A DNA stretch of 61,563 nt, filler included, from 8 parts of 8 records of this genome joined end to end with filler, not necessarily neighbours in it; one strand, 5' to 3'. Shown: positions 1 to 9,431, numbered from the whole stretch's first letter. Program-made: numbers and translations. The notes: generated by a model not told the origin, from the sequence alone.

Positions 1-2
1 AA

Positions 3-1442
3 AAAAAATTACCATTAACGAACGATGATGTAAACGGGGTGGTTCAAATTCCCGAACATATACTTAGCGGCACTTATTACCTGAAAGCCTACACAAAATG
101 GATGCGGAATTATCCGGCAGAATCGTATGGTTATCTGCTGCTGAAAATTGTAAATCCTGCAAAAACAGATGTTAGCAAGGTGCTTAATGGGAACGGAAAC
201 GGTATTACGCCCGGTTTTAAAAAGACCGAAAATATTTCTGGTCTTGCTGTAAAACTAAACAAAACAGCTTATGGCACAAGAGAGAGAGTGAATGTGGCTT
301 TGCTTGCTGATGCTGCAAACTCATGCTATTATTGTATTTCGGTGGCAAAGAAAGGAGCAAAAGATGTATTGAAAACGTGGATTAAACCAAACATAGAATG
401 GCCTGCCGAAAATACTCCAGCCAAATTTTATCCCGAAATAAAAGGTGTTACATTAAGCGGAAAGGTGCTCGACAATTCGCACAGTACCCCTGTTGAAAAT
501 GCAGAGGTAAGTATGTCTCTGCTTAGCAATACTTCCTACCTGTTAAAATCAGCCACCAATAAAAATGGTGAATTCATATTTTCATTGCCGGAAAATGGCG
601 AGATGCACGATTTTTTTATTAATGCAGAAAAAGAAGAACAGGAGCTTGCCATTGAGATTGATAAAGACTTTTGCAATAAACCGATTGCCCTGAAAAATTT
701 GCCTGTCGATTTTACCGATCAGGAAAAAAATGTTGCTAACGAAATATGTGTTAATGCGCAAATATTAAAAGCTTATAACTCAACAACCGATTCTACTTTT
801 GTAGAGAATCCTGAAAAACCGTTTTTGAGCTTTTATGGAAAACCGCAAAAAACATTTTACACCAAAACATATATCAATGTTCCTACAATTCACGATTTCA
901 TTGTGGAAATTGTTCGCGAAATTAAATTAGAGAAAGGTAAATTGGTGCCGTCGTACAACAGCAGTTTAAACAATTCGTTTGGCACATTGCCGTATTTGCT
1001 GATGCTCGATAATGTGCCTATAAGTGATATCTCCAAAATTTTGAGCATTGTTACCGAAAAGATAGACCGTGTTGAATTAAACAATTTTGGATATGTGCTT
1101 GGAAATCGTTCGTATTGTGGTGTTATTAGCGTGTTCTCAAAAAATAACGATATGGCAGGAATAGAATTGCCGAAAAACAGTATGTTTTTTAGATATTCTT
1201 TACTTGATAAAGTGGGGGAGAGCTCATTAAACAAGGGAACTAAGGAATTGTCTAATACGCACCTTCCCGATCGCCGGAATTGCTTGTATTGGAATCCCGG
1301 ATTAAAAACTACATCGGGAGAAAAACAGCATTTTTCCTTTTTTACTTCCGACGTTCCGGGAGAATACCAAATATTAGTTCAGGCAATTTCCAGAAACAGT
1401 GGTGAGCCTGTTTTTTACCAGCAGACTTTCGTGGTTGAATAA
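3..1442 (+). CDS. Large Bacteroidota envelope protein (MG2/carboxypeptidase-regulatory-like domain + TonB plug-like domain), 5' truncated
   Basis: Frame is open from position 3 (KKLPLTNDDVNGVVQIP...). It carries SGTYYLKAYTKWMRN, LSGKV..., a plug-like PYLLMLDNVP segment and the C-terminal PDRRNCLYWNP...FFTSDVPGEY motif typical of this family. Confidence 0.6.
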   Translation, partial: KKLPLTNDDVNGVVQIPEHILSGTYYLKAYTKWMRNYPAESYGYLLLKIVNPAKTDVSKVLNGNGNGITPGFKKTENISGLAVKLNKTAYGTRERVNVALLADAANSCYYCISVAKKGAKDVLKTWIKPNIEWPAENTPAKFYPEIKGVTLSGKVLDNSHSTPVENAEVSMSLLSNTSYLLKSATNKNGEFIFSLPENGEMHDFFINAEKEEQELAIEIDKDFCNKPIALKNLPVDFTDQEKNVANEICVNAQILKAYNSTTDSTFVENPEKPFLSFYGKPQKTFYTKTYINVPTIHDFIVEIVREIKLEKGKLVPSYNSSLNNSFGTLPYLLMLDNVPISDISKILSIVTEKIDRVELNNFGYVLGNRSYCGVISVFSKNNDMAGIELPKNSMFFRYSLLDKVGESSLNKGTKELSNTHLPDRRNCLYWNPGLKTTSGEKQHFSFFTSDVPGEYQILVQAISRNSGEPVFYQQTFVVE

Positions 1443-1634
1443 ATAACGAATGGAAAATAGATATAGATGAATTATCAGTGTGACATCAATTTAATCGGCA
1501 GATTTTTTTGTGTGAAATGCCGAAAAAAAAGATTGAAAGCCGATATAATTCAAACCCGGACAGCGACCTGAGTACAAATGCGAGAAGCGACTATTCAGCT
1601 TGAAAGTCAGCACGATAACGGATAAATAAAAAAT

Positions 1635-2402
1635 ATGTTTAAATTTAATTACACACCGAATTTTGTCATTGCCAGAATATCAAAATTTCTGAAATCGGTA
1701 GTTCCCATAGTTGCAGTTTTACTTTCTTTTTCAGTAAATGCCCAGGTAATTAATGCCGGCATTGGAGGAAATAATACAACTCAGTTGCTGCAACGAATAG
1801 ATAAAGATGTTATAAGTAAGCATCCTGATTTAACCATTTTAATGGTGGGCACCAACGATATGCTAAATTCACGGAAGATGATTTCGTATGGCGAATACAC
1901 TGCTAACCTGGCACTAATTGTAAAAAAGCTTAAAGCAGCCGGAAGCGAAGTGCTTTTAATGAGCTCGCCACCGGTAGACAGCGTTTATTTATTTACCCGC
2001 CATGATAAAAATTTGTACGCGCAGGCTCCCAACGAAATTATGGATTCGGTGAGTCATATTGTTGAAAATATTGCTGTTGCGAATAATGCGTATTTTTTAA
2101 ACCTGTTCGGAAAATTTAGTGCCATGAATTTGCCCCGGCACGATGAGGATTTGTTTTTCAGAAATCCAAAAAACAGTGGGGCAAAAGATGGCGTTCATCC
2201 AACAGCTTTAGGCTACCATTTTATCGCAGCAAATGTGTTTCAGTACTTAAAAGAAAATAAGCTGATAAACAAAGGGGCGAAAATTATTTGTTTTGGCGAT
2301 TCTATAACGAATGGTGCCGGAGCAAAAGGTGGAGGAACTGTTACCGGGGAGAATTATCCTTCTTTTTTGTCGAATAGAATAAATCGCTATTTGGAAAAAT
2401 AA
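1635..2402 (+). CDS. Secreted SGNH/GDSL hydrolase, apparently circularly permuted
   Basis: Signal peptide ends SVNA|Q. It is followed by block II NAGIGG, block III GTND and block V DGVHP, with block I FGDSIT near the C-terminus. Confidence 0.85.
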   Translation: MFKFNYTPNFVIARISKFLKSVVPIVAVLLSFSVNAQVINAGIGGNNTTQLLQRIDKDVISKHPDLTILMVGTNDMLNSRKMISYGEYTANLALIVKKLKAAGSEVLLMSSPPVDSVYLFTRHDKNLYAQAPNEIMDSVSHIVENIAVANNAYFLNLFGKFSAMNLPRHDEDLFFRNPKNSGAKDGVHPTALGYHFIAANVFQYLKENKLINKGAKIICFGDSITNGAGAKGGGTVTGENYPSFLSNRINRYLEK

Positions 2403-2431
2403 CAAAATTGTGCGCAAGCATTTATAAAATT

Positions 2432-2478
2432 AAAGCCCCACTCCTTATTTTCTACGTAGAAAAGGAGTGGGGCTTTTT
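2432..2478. terminator. Bidirectional rho-independent terminator
   Basis: Long stem AAAGCCCCACTCCTT...AAGGAGTGGGGCTTT with A/T runs on both sides, lying between convergent genes. Confidence 0.85.
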
Positions 2479-2511
2479 ATGATATTATTAAAATAAATTC
2501 CATCACTAAAC

Positions 2512-3047
2512 CTATACAAAGTGCATAATTTCGTCAACAGCTTTCCTGGGGCTTGGTTCTGCATGTTCGCCTTCCTCGTAGCCATAAGCAATTAAAGCAG
2601 CTACTGTTTCGTCTTCAGGAAAACCAACAATCTCTGACGTAATTTTTTCATCACTTCCACCAACAATACAAGTGGCAATACCCTTTGCATGGGCCGCTAA
2701 GCAAAATGTTTGGCAAGCAATTCCGGCGTCGAAAATTTCCCAGTTTCCACCTTTCGATGTTAAGTATTTGCCTTTCATCGAGCCACTTTCGCCATTTACA
2801 ACACTTAATACCACTAGTCCTTTGGCACTTTTTAGCTTTTCTTTGTTGTAACCCAAAAGCGCTTCTTCAATCAGCTTTTTTACCATGGCTTCGTCGTCGA
2901 CAAAAGTGTATTTTGCCACCTGAAAATTTGCCCACGAAGGAGCCCAGCGACTAAGCTCAACTATCTCCGTCATTATTTCGCGGCTTACCTTTTTATCTTG
3001 AAATTTACGAACGCTTTGCGCTCTTTTATCATTTCTATTGCGTTCAT
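2512..3047 (-). CDS. Nitroreductase family protein (1-nt frameshift near 3016)
   Basis: ORF 2512-2973 has WAPSWAN and DAGIACQTFCLAAHAKG. An upstream ATG at 3047 gives MNAIEMIKER, and adding one base restores xSVRKFQDKKV (the RRSxRxF motif). Span is 536 nt = 3n-1. Confidence 0.85.
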
Positions 3048-3207
3048 GCTTTTTAATTCTTTTTTTATAAAACAGTATTCTTTTTTCCCAAAGTGCTGTC
3101 AGTTTATTGTCAAAAACTAACGTTCACGGCATTCTGTATGTTTGTGTATAACACGGATAATATTAATCCAAAACAAACAATTACAACAATTATTAAAAGC
3201 TTCTCAA

Positions 3208-4391
3208 CTAAGCTGCTACTTTTTTCTTTTTCCATTGGTTTACAATTAATCTTCTAACATGAGTAAAATGGTCTGAAATTGGGGTTAAGGGGCACAAATA
3301 ATTGCACCAGGGGCGTTTTATAAACATCGATGAAACTAAAACGATTCCCAATATTGCAAATTGAAAATTGCTTCCTGTTAGTTTAAATAATGTGCCAAAT
3401 ACTTCGTAGCTGGTTACCCCCGGGTTTCGTAGCAATAAGGCGGTAATTATAGCAAAGAGCACAATTATTCTAAGTGTCCATTTAAATACATTTTTGTATT
3501 TTCCTGGCGAACGGTATTTTGCTCCTCCAACCAAGCCCATACATTCCTGCGCAGCACCAAAGGGGCAAATCCATGGGCAGTATGGGTCTTTTTTTCGATG
3601 GTTAACACAAGAAAAATTCCGCCCAGCAAGAGATAGAAGTACAAATGCGAATGCAATGGAGGAAAATAACCCAGCAACAACTGGTTTACCATAGAAAGCG
3701 TAAACAGTTGGTTGTAATAAAATCCGATTACCACCAAACCAACAAGCATAGTTCCCCAGCGGACAGCTTTTGTGTGCTTAAAAGATTTTTTATGCGCAAA
3801 ATAACCGGCTGCAAAAAGCAATAATAATACACCTTCAAGTGCTCCGAATTTTATGGATGGCTTTTCTTCTTCCGGCACATCGAAGCCAAGTACATTGGCT
3901 GCCACAAAACGATTTCCCTTTTTTGAGGCTTCCACGATAGCGCGCGATGAATACGTGGCACTTGAAATACCATCTATACCATTTTCCAACGAATATTCCT
4001 CGTTGTACGATTTGCCAATAATTCGGTCTAAAAATTTTGCTCCCAAAACTTTTTCTAAATATGAAGGTGTTTCTTTTGAGTTAACAACTGCCAAATCAAA
4101 TATTTTCCCGGTGGAATCGACAGCAATAGCCATTTTCAACGGGCCGCCATATCCCATCGACGATTCAACGGTTACATACCCAAAATTTTTGCCTTCCGGA
4201 TTATAAATTTTGTAGGTTGCGTTTTCAATTTCTTCTAATTTGGCAATCTCCGGCATTTCTTCCTTAATCGTGGAAACGATATCGGCATTTTCCAATTGCC
4301 CGCCTACAAACCAGGCAATAACTATTGCAACCATGGCTGCAATTGCCAACCACGATTCTGTTTTCTTTTTATTTGTTTTATTGTTACACAT
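3208..4391 (-). CDS. FMN-binding (flavinylated) + 4Fe-4S membrane protein, RdhC/PceC/NosR/NapH-like (1-nt frameshift in the T/A run near 3590)
   Basis: GYGGP and DGISSATYSS FMN-binding motifs precede TM helices. Restoring one A gives YCPWICPFGAAQE, which joins ORF 3208-3540 containing WCNYLCP (two CX3CP motifs). Confidence 0.85.
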
Positions 4392-4444
4392 TGTTCAGCA
4401 ATAAATAATGGCTATCAATAATTAAAAATTTTTAGCGTTTTTGC

Positions 4445-4930
4445 TTATCTTACCTTTACTGTTTCTTCTTTCAAAACTACCTTGCTTCGTTTCAGGTTTT
4501 TAAACTGACTAACAATAACTTTCCTGTAATTCCAAACATGAATGACAAACGTAATTATCAGTAGCAATCCGAATTTATTATGTATTCCACCAAGTTTGCC
4601 CGAAGCAAATCCGGTAAACGCGCATAACACGAATATTACAAACAAAATTATGTTTGATGTTTTAAATGCACCTTTTAGTTTTAGCGTAAAAAGACGCTTT
4701 ACCCAATCGGTTTTTACAAATAAATGGAGTAGAATTATTGGGGTAGTTAATATCGCCAATAACTTATGATATGCCATCCACGAATGTCCATCGAGCCCCA
4801 TAACAGTGGTTTCAGGAGAAGCTCCCGTGTGGTATTTTAGCATAATTACTCCTGTTGCCAGTAAAAGAATAAAAGGCAACAAGGCAACTGCATAAATATA
4901 AAAACGTGTATTATTTCCTGTCTTACTCAT
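4445..4930 (-). CDS. DUF4405-like membrane protein, putative di-haem cytochrome b
   Basis: Four TM segments in two repeated halves (TG...H...LH). Four His (YHK, LHL, IHN, IHV) have spacing suited to haem b ligation. The start may be 4930 or 4966. Confidence 0.65.
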   Translation of the reverse strand: MSKTGNNTRFYIYAVALLPFILLLATGVIMLKYHTGASPETTVMGLDGHSWMAYHKLLAILTTPIILLHLFVKTDWVKRLFTLKLKGAFKTSNIILFVIFVLCAFTGFASGKLGGIHNKFGLLLIITFVIHVWNYRKVIVSQFKNLKRSKVVLKEETVKVR

Positions 4931-4972
4931 ATCTAATTTGATGTTTAAATTATTTGCATTTATCATTAGAAC

Positions 4973-5055
4973 GTTATGCTGAATTTATTTCAGCATCTTT
5001 TGATAGTGATTATCAGTCATTTGTTGCTAAGACCCTGAAATGAATTCAGGGTGAC
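4973..5055. repeat. REP-like palindrome pair (Bacteroidota type)
   Basis: GTTATGCTGAATTTATTTCAGCATCT and GACCCTGAAATGAATTCAGGGTGAC are each hairpins and are related to each other in inverted orientation. Confidence 0.6.
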
Positions 5056-5091
5056 GTACTGATTCTGATAATAGGCGGATATTCACTGGCT

Positions 5092-5150
5092 GTCAGTCTG
5101 AGCGTAGTCGAAGACTGTTTTAAACACACTTCGACTATGCTCAGTGTGAC
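5092..5150. repeat. REP-like inverted repeat
   Basis: GTCAGTCTGAGCGTAGTCGAAG...CTTCGACTATGCTCAGTGTGAC forms an imperfect ~22-bp stem. Confidence 0.65.
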
Positions 5151-5189
5151 TCGTGTTTTTGCATGTTGCTATTGCACAATGTATTGCTT

Positions 5190-5495
5190 TTACTTTGCTG
5201 TTTTATGAATGGCAAACTCGTGGCATTGTTTCATGCATAATCCGCAAGCCGTACATAAATTCTGGTTTATTAGTGCTTTCTCGCTGCCTTTTATCTTTAC
5301 TTTTAACCGACCCTTAACCGACAGATTTTTAATTTGCTCATCGCTTAGAGTTATTATTTCGATAGCCGATTGCGGACAGGTATCAACACAGCCTCCACAA
5401 CCATCGCACGACGATTCATCAACAGTAACAATTCCATGTTTTATGCTTAGTTCCTGTTCTAATTTCTTTGCTATAATTTTCTGTTTAAAACTCAT
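5190..5495 (-). CDS. 2x[4Fe-4S] ferredoxin
   Basis: CDGCGGCVDTCP and CTACGLCMKQC motifs. Likely start is MSFKQK at 5495, just after the upstream gene's stop. Confidence 0.9.
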   Translation of the reverse strand: MSFKQKIIAKKLEQELSIKHGIVTVDESSCDGCGGCVDTCPQSAIEIITLSDEQIKNLSVKGRLKVKIKGSEKALINQNLCTACGLCMKQCHEFAIHKTAK

Positions 5496-5505
5496 GATGT
5501 CGTTT

Positions 5506-6204
5506 TTAGTGCTTGTCAAAAACAATGGCTTTTTCAGAAACACCCTTTTCATGCAAATAATCGCCAATGGCTTTGTTAAACTCTTTCGAGCCAACTATAT
5601 AATATTTGTTGTCATCATTCTCAATGCATTGATTTATACTATTGTACAAATCCTCTCGATTGGTAACCAGAATATTTTCAATTTTATCTGCTGGTAACCT
5701 CATCAACTCGTTCTGATAAACAAAATCTCCGGAACGGTCGATATTTATATTTGTAATAGGTAATGTTTGTGGTAAGTTTTTTAAATATTCCTGAATCAGA
5801 GGTCTGAAAGTTGCTATTCCAACTCCCATGCTTATGAAAACAATGGGCTTATCACATTTCTGCTTTTCTAAATGATTACCGAATTTAAACACCCGAATTT
5901 CGTCGCCAATTTTAAGGTTAAGCATCTTTTGCTTAATCTCCGACGGAGTCTGGCGAATGCGGGTTGTAAAACCAATAAACTTTTCGTCAGGATGGCTCAT
6001 TATCGATAATTCTCTTACCGATTCTTTCTTATCAACTTTCTCTCCGTTTTGCAAATCGGAACTTACAAAATGGGCGTAAGCTCCCGGCTGCCATTTTATT
6101 TTTTCCGGTACAGTAAACTTAAAAGTCCAGGTATCCGGCGCTTCTTCTTTTACTGCAGTTAACTTTATCCGTGTTGATATACTCCTGACTATTGTAGTTA
6201 TCAT
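5506..6204 (-). CDS. FAD/NAD(P)-binding oxidoreductase, ferredoxin-NADP reductase (FNR)-like
   Basis: WQPGAYAH, RELSIMSHP (RxYS-like), MGVGIATFRPL and YYIVGS match the FNR-family layout. Confidence 0.8.
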   Translation of the reverse strand: MITTIVRSISTRIKLTAVKEEAPDTWTFKFTVPEKIKWQPGAYAHFVSSDLQNGEKVDKKESVRELSIMSHPDEKFIGFTTRIRQTPSEIKQKMLNLKIGDEIRVFKFGNHLEKQKCDKPIVFISMGVGIATFRPLIQEYLKNLPQTLPITNINIDRSGDFVYQNELMRLPADKIENILVTNREDLYNSINQCIENDDNKYYIVGSKEFNKAIGDYLHEKGVSEKAIVFDKH

Positions 6205-6280
6205 TTTATTTTGCTTGTTTATTTCCCGTTTAAGAATGGTCGAAGCCTTGTGGATAAGAATCAGTTAATTAATTCTCTTT

Positions 6281-6400
6281 ACCCCTCTCCCTATTGGGAG
6301 CTCCCCTTACAAGGGGAGCCAGCCTTGAACAATTTTTCATAGTAACATCAAAGCCTCTGGCATTTCGATTTTCATTTTCCCCTTTTTAAGGGGAAATGGC
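6281..6400. repeat. REP-like hairpin cluster
   Basis: Hairpins CTCCCTATTGGGAG, CTCCCCTTACAAGGGGAG and TTTCCCCTTTTTAAGGGGAAA. Confidence 0.5.
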
Positions 6401-6442
6401 TACAGTTGAGCCTGCGAATTGAAAATCGGCCTAAGCCAAATC

Positions 6443-6542
6443 NNNNNNNNNNNNNNNNNNNNNNNNNNNNNNNNNNNNNNNNNNNNTTAATTAATTAANN
6501 NNNNNNNNNNNNNNNNNNNNNNNNNNNNNNNNNNNNNNNNNN
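6443..6542. other. Artificial contig spacer
   Basis: N44-TTAATTAATTAA-N44, giving stop codons in all six frames. Confidence 0.98.
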
Positions 6543-7344
6543 ATTCCCAAAGACCGTAAAACATAAACTGTTAAATCAGTTAGTTCTCTGCAACTTCCAG
6601 CTCTCCATTGTTCACATCGTTCAGCTCCTATATGTGGCAAATTAGGAAAGGTAGCTGTAAAATATTTTTTCCCTTTACTGAGGGAATCCAATACTATTTT
6701 TGCTGCAAATAAGGGATCTGAAATTTCTGGTAGATCTCGGTAAGAATCTAATAATGATTTATACTCATTATACATTCGTTCTCTCCACGCAGATGGCTGT
6801 TCATCTCCAATTCTATAAGGGAGAATGAATTCGCAGAAATCATGGAACGTCACATTTTTCCCCATGGCTGTTCTTCCCAAACCTTAAAAGCACAATCAAT
6901 ATTATTAATTAAATACTCTGCTGAGATCTCGTAAATATCAAATTTAATTGTAAGCCTACTATAACTGAACTGACCATAGTTTGAAAGAAATGAATCTAAT
7001 ATAGCAGCCGGAGTTTTTTTGCTAATTGCCAATTCTTGATATATATTTAAATAATCATCTAAAAGTTTTCCTTCATAGTAATGATAGTATGGCATATTCT
7101 CTATTAAAAAGCATGCTGCATTATATTTTAAACTATCTGAAGGATTTTTGCTAAAATAATTTAGTACTTTTTCTAGTTCTCCCCTATTGTCTTGTGCTAA
7201 CACTAAAGCTTTCTCTAGTTTATTATTATCCGTGTTGCATGAAAAAAACAAAAAAACAATAATTAAACTAATATATAGATAAATATTAGAAAACAGAGAG
7301 GTATTGTATTTAGCGTATGTAGATATTTTTAATAAACGATACAT
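6543..7344 (-). CDS. Transglutaminase-like domain lipoprotein (Bacteroidota), 3' truncated, 1-nt frameshift near 6858
   Basis: Lipobox FFSC and LAQDNRGELEKVL...AACFLIENM. Restoring one A gives WGKNVTFHDFCEFILPYRIGDE. The putative catalytic Cys lies in GSCRELTDLTVYVLRSLGI. Confidence 0.7.
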
Positions 7345-7491
7345 CTTTTTTTGAATATTTTGCACCCAAAACAACAAATTTTATATAATAAAAAAAATAT
7401 TTTACATAGAATTTCTTTGTGTTTTTTTTTATTTAAAGTGACTAATAAACATAAAGTAAGGAAATTAGAGTTACATTATATAAATCTTCTT

Positions 7492-7499
7492 TATATTTG
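7492..7499 (+). promoter_or_regulatory. Bacteroidota -7 promoter element (TAnnTTTG) for padR
   Basis: TATATTTG ends 7 nt before the padR ATG at 7507. Confidence 0.5.
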
Positions 7500-7506
7500 T
7501 AGAATC

Positions 7507-7863
7507 ATGTTAAATAAAAATAAAAGAATTTCAAAAGATTTAATCGGTGCGAGTACAATACCTATAATTTTATCTATATTATCTGAGGGTGATTCTTATG
7601 GGTATGAGATTATGCAACAAGTAAAAAAGATGTCTCATGGAAGGATTGAATGGAAGGAGGGTAGCCTTTATCCGGTATTAAAAAAACTTGAAAGCGAAAA
7701 AAAGATAAAATCATATTGGAAAGTAGAACAAAACGAGAGGCCCAGAAAATATTACACTATTCAAGAAGCTGGTAAATTAGAATTGGTGAAAGAGAAAGAA
7801 GAATGGAGTTTAATGCATGGCATCTTAGGTAAACTATGGAAAAAACAGCCGAATTTGACCTAG
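7507..7863 (+). CDS. PadR family transcriptional regulator
   Basis: ILSILSEGDSYGYEI, EGSLYPVLKKLE and RPRKYYTI. Confidence 0.92.
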   Translation: MLNKNKRISKDLIGASTIPIILSILSEGDSYGYEIMQQVKKMSHGRIEWKEGSLYPVLKKLESEKKIKSYWKVEQNERPRKYYTIQEAGKLELVKEKEEWSLMHGILGKLWKKQPNLT

Positions 7864-8548
7864 AACAAAGTATCCAAGACTGGGAGAAAGAATTACTTTC
7901 TTCACCAGTATATACCAATACAGACATAGAAGAACTAAAATCACACCTACTGGATTTGTATTATGACCTACAGGAACAGGATCTATCAAAGGAAGAAGCT
8001 TTTTTGATTGCTCTTACCCGTATGGGCAGGACAATTGATTGGTCTTCTGAGTTTGAGGAGACAAACAAACATATCCTCGAACTAAAAAAAATGGTTCTAA
8101 TTGTAGCCGGAATCTTTTATTACTTTTTTCTTATTATGTTATACGGGTGGTATTAGTTGCTGTGCTGCTTGGCAGTGTTATTATGGGAAACAATGCAGTT
8201 GAATCAGTTCAAAAAGTAAAATATTTAATATTAATGTTGCTTTCTTTTGTTCTTGGCAATTTTATTTTTCTAGTTCTAAAAAAAAGTAATTCTACTATAA
8301 ACAAATTAAAAAGAATTAAGCTTTCCTCAAAAAGAATCACCAGAATATTTTTACTAACAGTATTTTTAGCAATTGCCAATCACTGCACACTTCCGTTTAC
8401 TCATAAATTAATTCCTGATAATATCGTGAGAGCTTCATATGCAATGATAATCAGTTATTTTAACTATGCATACCCCTTTCTGATTTTGTTGGGAATGTTG
8501 TTAATATACATAAAACTGTTTAAAATTACTGAAGTACCTAAAGATTAG
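7836..8548 (+). CDS. Permease-prefix-domain membrane protein (1-nt frameshift near 8125)
   Basis: N-terminal FDLEQSIQDW...EELKSHL...LSKEEAFLIALTRMG domain, typical of PadR partners, followed by TM helices. The two ORFs span 713 nt = 3n-1. Confidence 0.7.
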
Positions 8549-8727
8549 TCAACAGAAAACAGATGGGAACTACTTTCCTCTACTAAATACTATTTTGCAC
8601 TATTTTACAAAGCCCCCAAAACAATACCTTACATTTTGTAGGTTGTTAGAGTCTCCTATTTTAGGTTAGGGCCAACAATAAAATTTGACTTTTACTTCTA
8701 AGATCTATTTTTTATGTAAAAACTTTA

Positions 8728-8735
8728 TATATTTG
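8728..8735 (+). promoter_or_regulatory. Bacteroidota -7 promoter element
   Basis: TATATTTG ends 28 nt upstream of the ATG at 8764. Confidence 0.45.
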
Positions 8736-8763
8736 AAATGATAAATATTTAGAATTTCTACTT

Positions 8764-9420
8764 ATGAAAAAAACATTCCTGTTTGTGACATCTATCCTAA
8801 TACTCTTATCTTGTGAAAACGAGGAGTCTATACTTTCATGCGATCCGGTTGTCAATAATTTTGTTGTAAAAAATTTAAATGAACTTAAAGAATTGGATCG
8901 GGCTTCGCTCTGTCAATATCAAGAAGAGGTACAAAAAGCAACCTATAGAACATTAAGCCCTGAAAAAAGATATGAACTTTGGCTTAATAAACTGGAAGAA
9001 GTTTTTTGCTATTTTGATTTTAATGAAATAGAAAATGAACATGTTTATAACCTTCTTAAACATATTGATATTAATTTGTTTGATGAAGCCTATGTGTCAA
9101 AATTGACCAAAGGCGATAGCATGGAGTATGCTAAACAGTGGATTTTATATGGCCGCGAAATCCTGATGTGGCCAACAGAAAAAATTGCTTTTATTGTTTC
9201 TTCACTGGAAGTTGATTATGATAAATACCTACAGGAAAGAATGGCTATTACTGGTTTAGAAAAAGCAGCAATCACAAGCTCCGAAGGATCATGTAACTGC
9301 AGTACCAATAATAGTTTTTGTAGCAATTCGATGACATGCAATTCAGGCTCATGTGGCACATCTGATACTGGTTGCGGTTGGCTCTGGATGGACTCTTGTA
9401 ATGGCAGCTGTTCTTATTAA
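8764..9420 (+). CDS. Bacteriocin fulvocin C-related lipoprotein
   Basis: Lipobox LLSC, QKATYRTLSPEKRYELWLNKL pro-region, and an 8-Cys C-terminal domain CNC...C...C...C...GCGWLWMDSCNGSC. Confidence 0.8.
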   Translation: MKKTFLFVTSILILLSCENEESILSCDPVVNNFVVKNLNELKELDRASLCQYQEEVQKATYRTLSPEKRYELWLNKLEEVFCYFDFNEIENEHVYNLLKHIDINLFDEAYVSKLTKGDSMEYAKQWILYGREILMWPTEKIAFIVSSLEVDYDKYLQERMAITGLEKAAITSSEGSCNCSTNNSFCSNSMTCNSGSCGTSDTGCGWLWMDSCNGSCSY

Positions 9421-9431
9421 TATTCTAACTT

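Noticed and set aside
1601-1621. Group II intron domain V resemblance (GAAAGTCAGCACGATAACGG)
   Set aside because: The 5' arm with the AGC/CGC triad does not pair properly, and there is no RT gene or domain VI. It is kept only as a weak RNA candidate.
2512-6442. Calling the redox cluster a reductive dehalogenase operon
   Set aside because: No rdhA or rdhB is present in the fragment, and RdhC-like proteins also serve other reductases.
6487-6498. Recurring TTAATTAATTAA motif as a biological repeat or CRISPR-like array
   Set aside because: It is always centred in a 100-nt N block and gives stops in all six frames, so it is an artificial linker.
7351-7506. N-terminal extensions in the ORF track (padR from 7351, ferredoxin from 5594, hom from 51460, apgM from 50108)
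   Set aside because: The extensions overlap neighbouring genes or promoters, and family-typical starts lie downstream.
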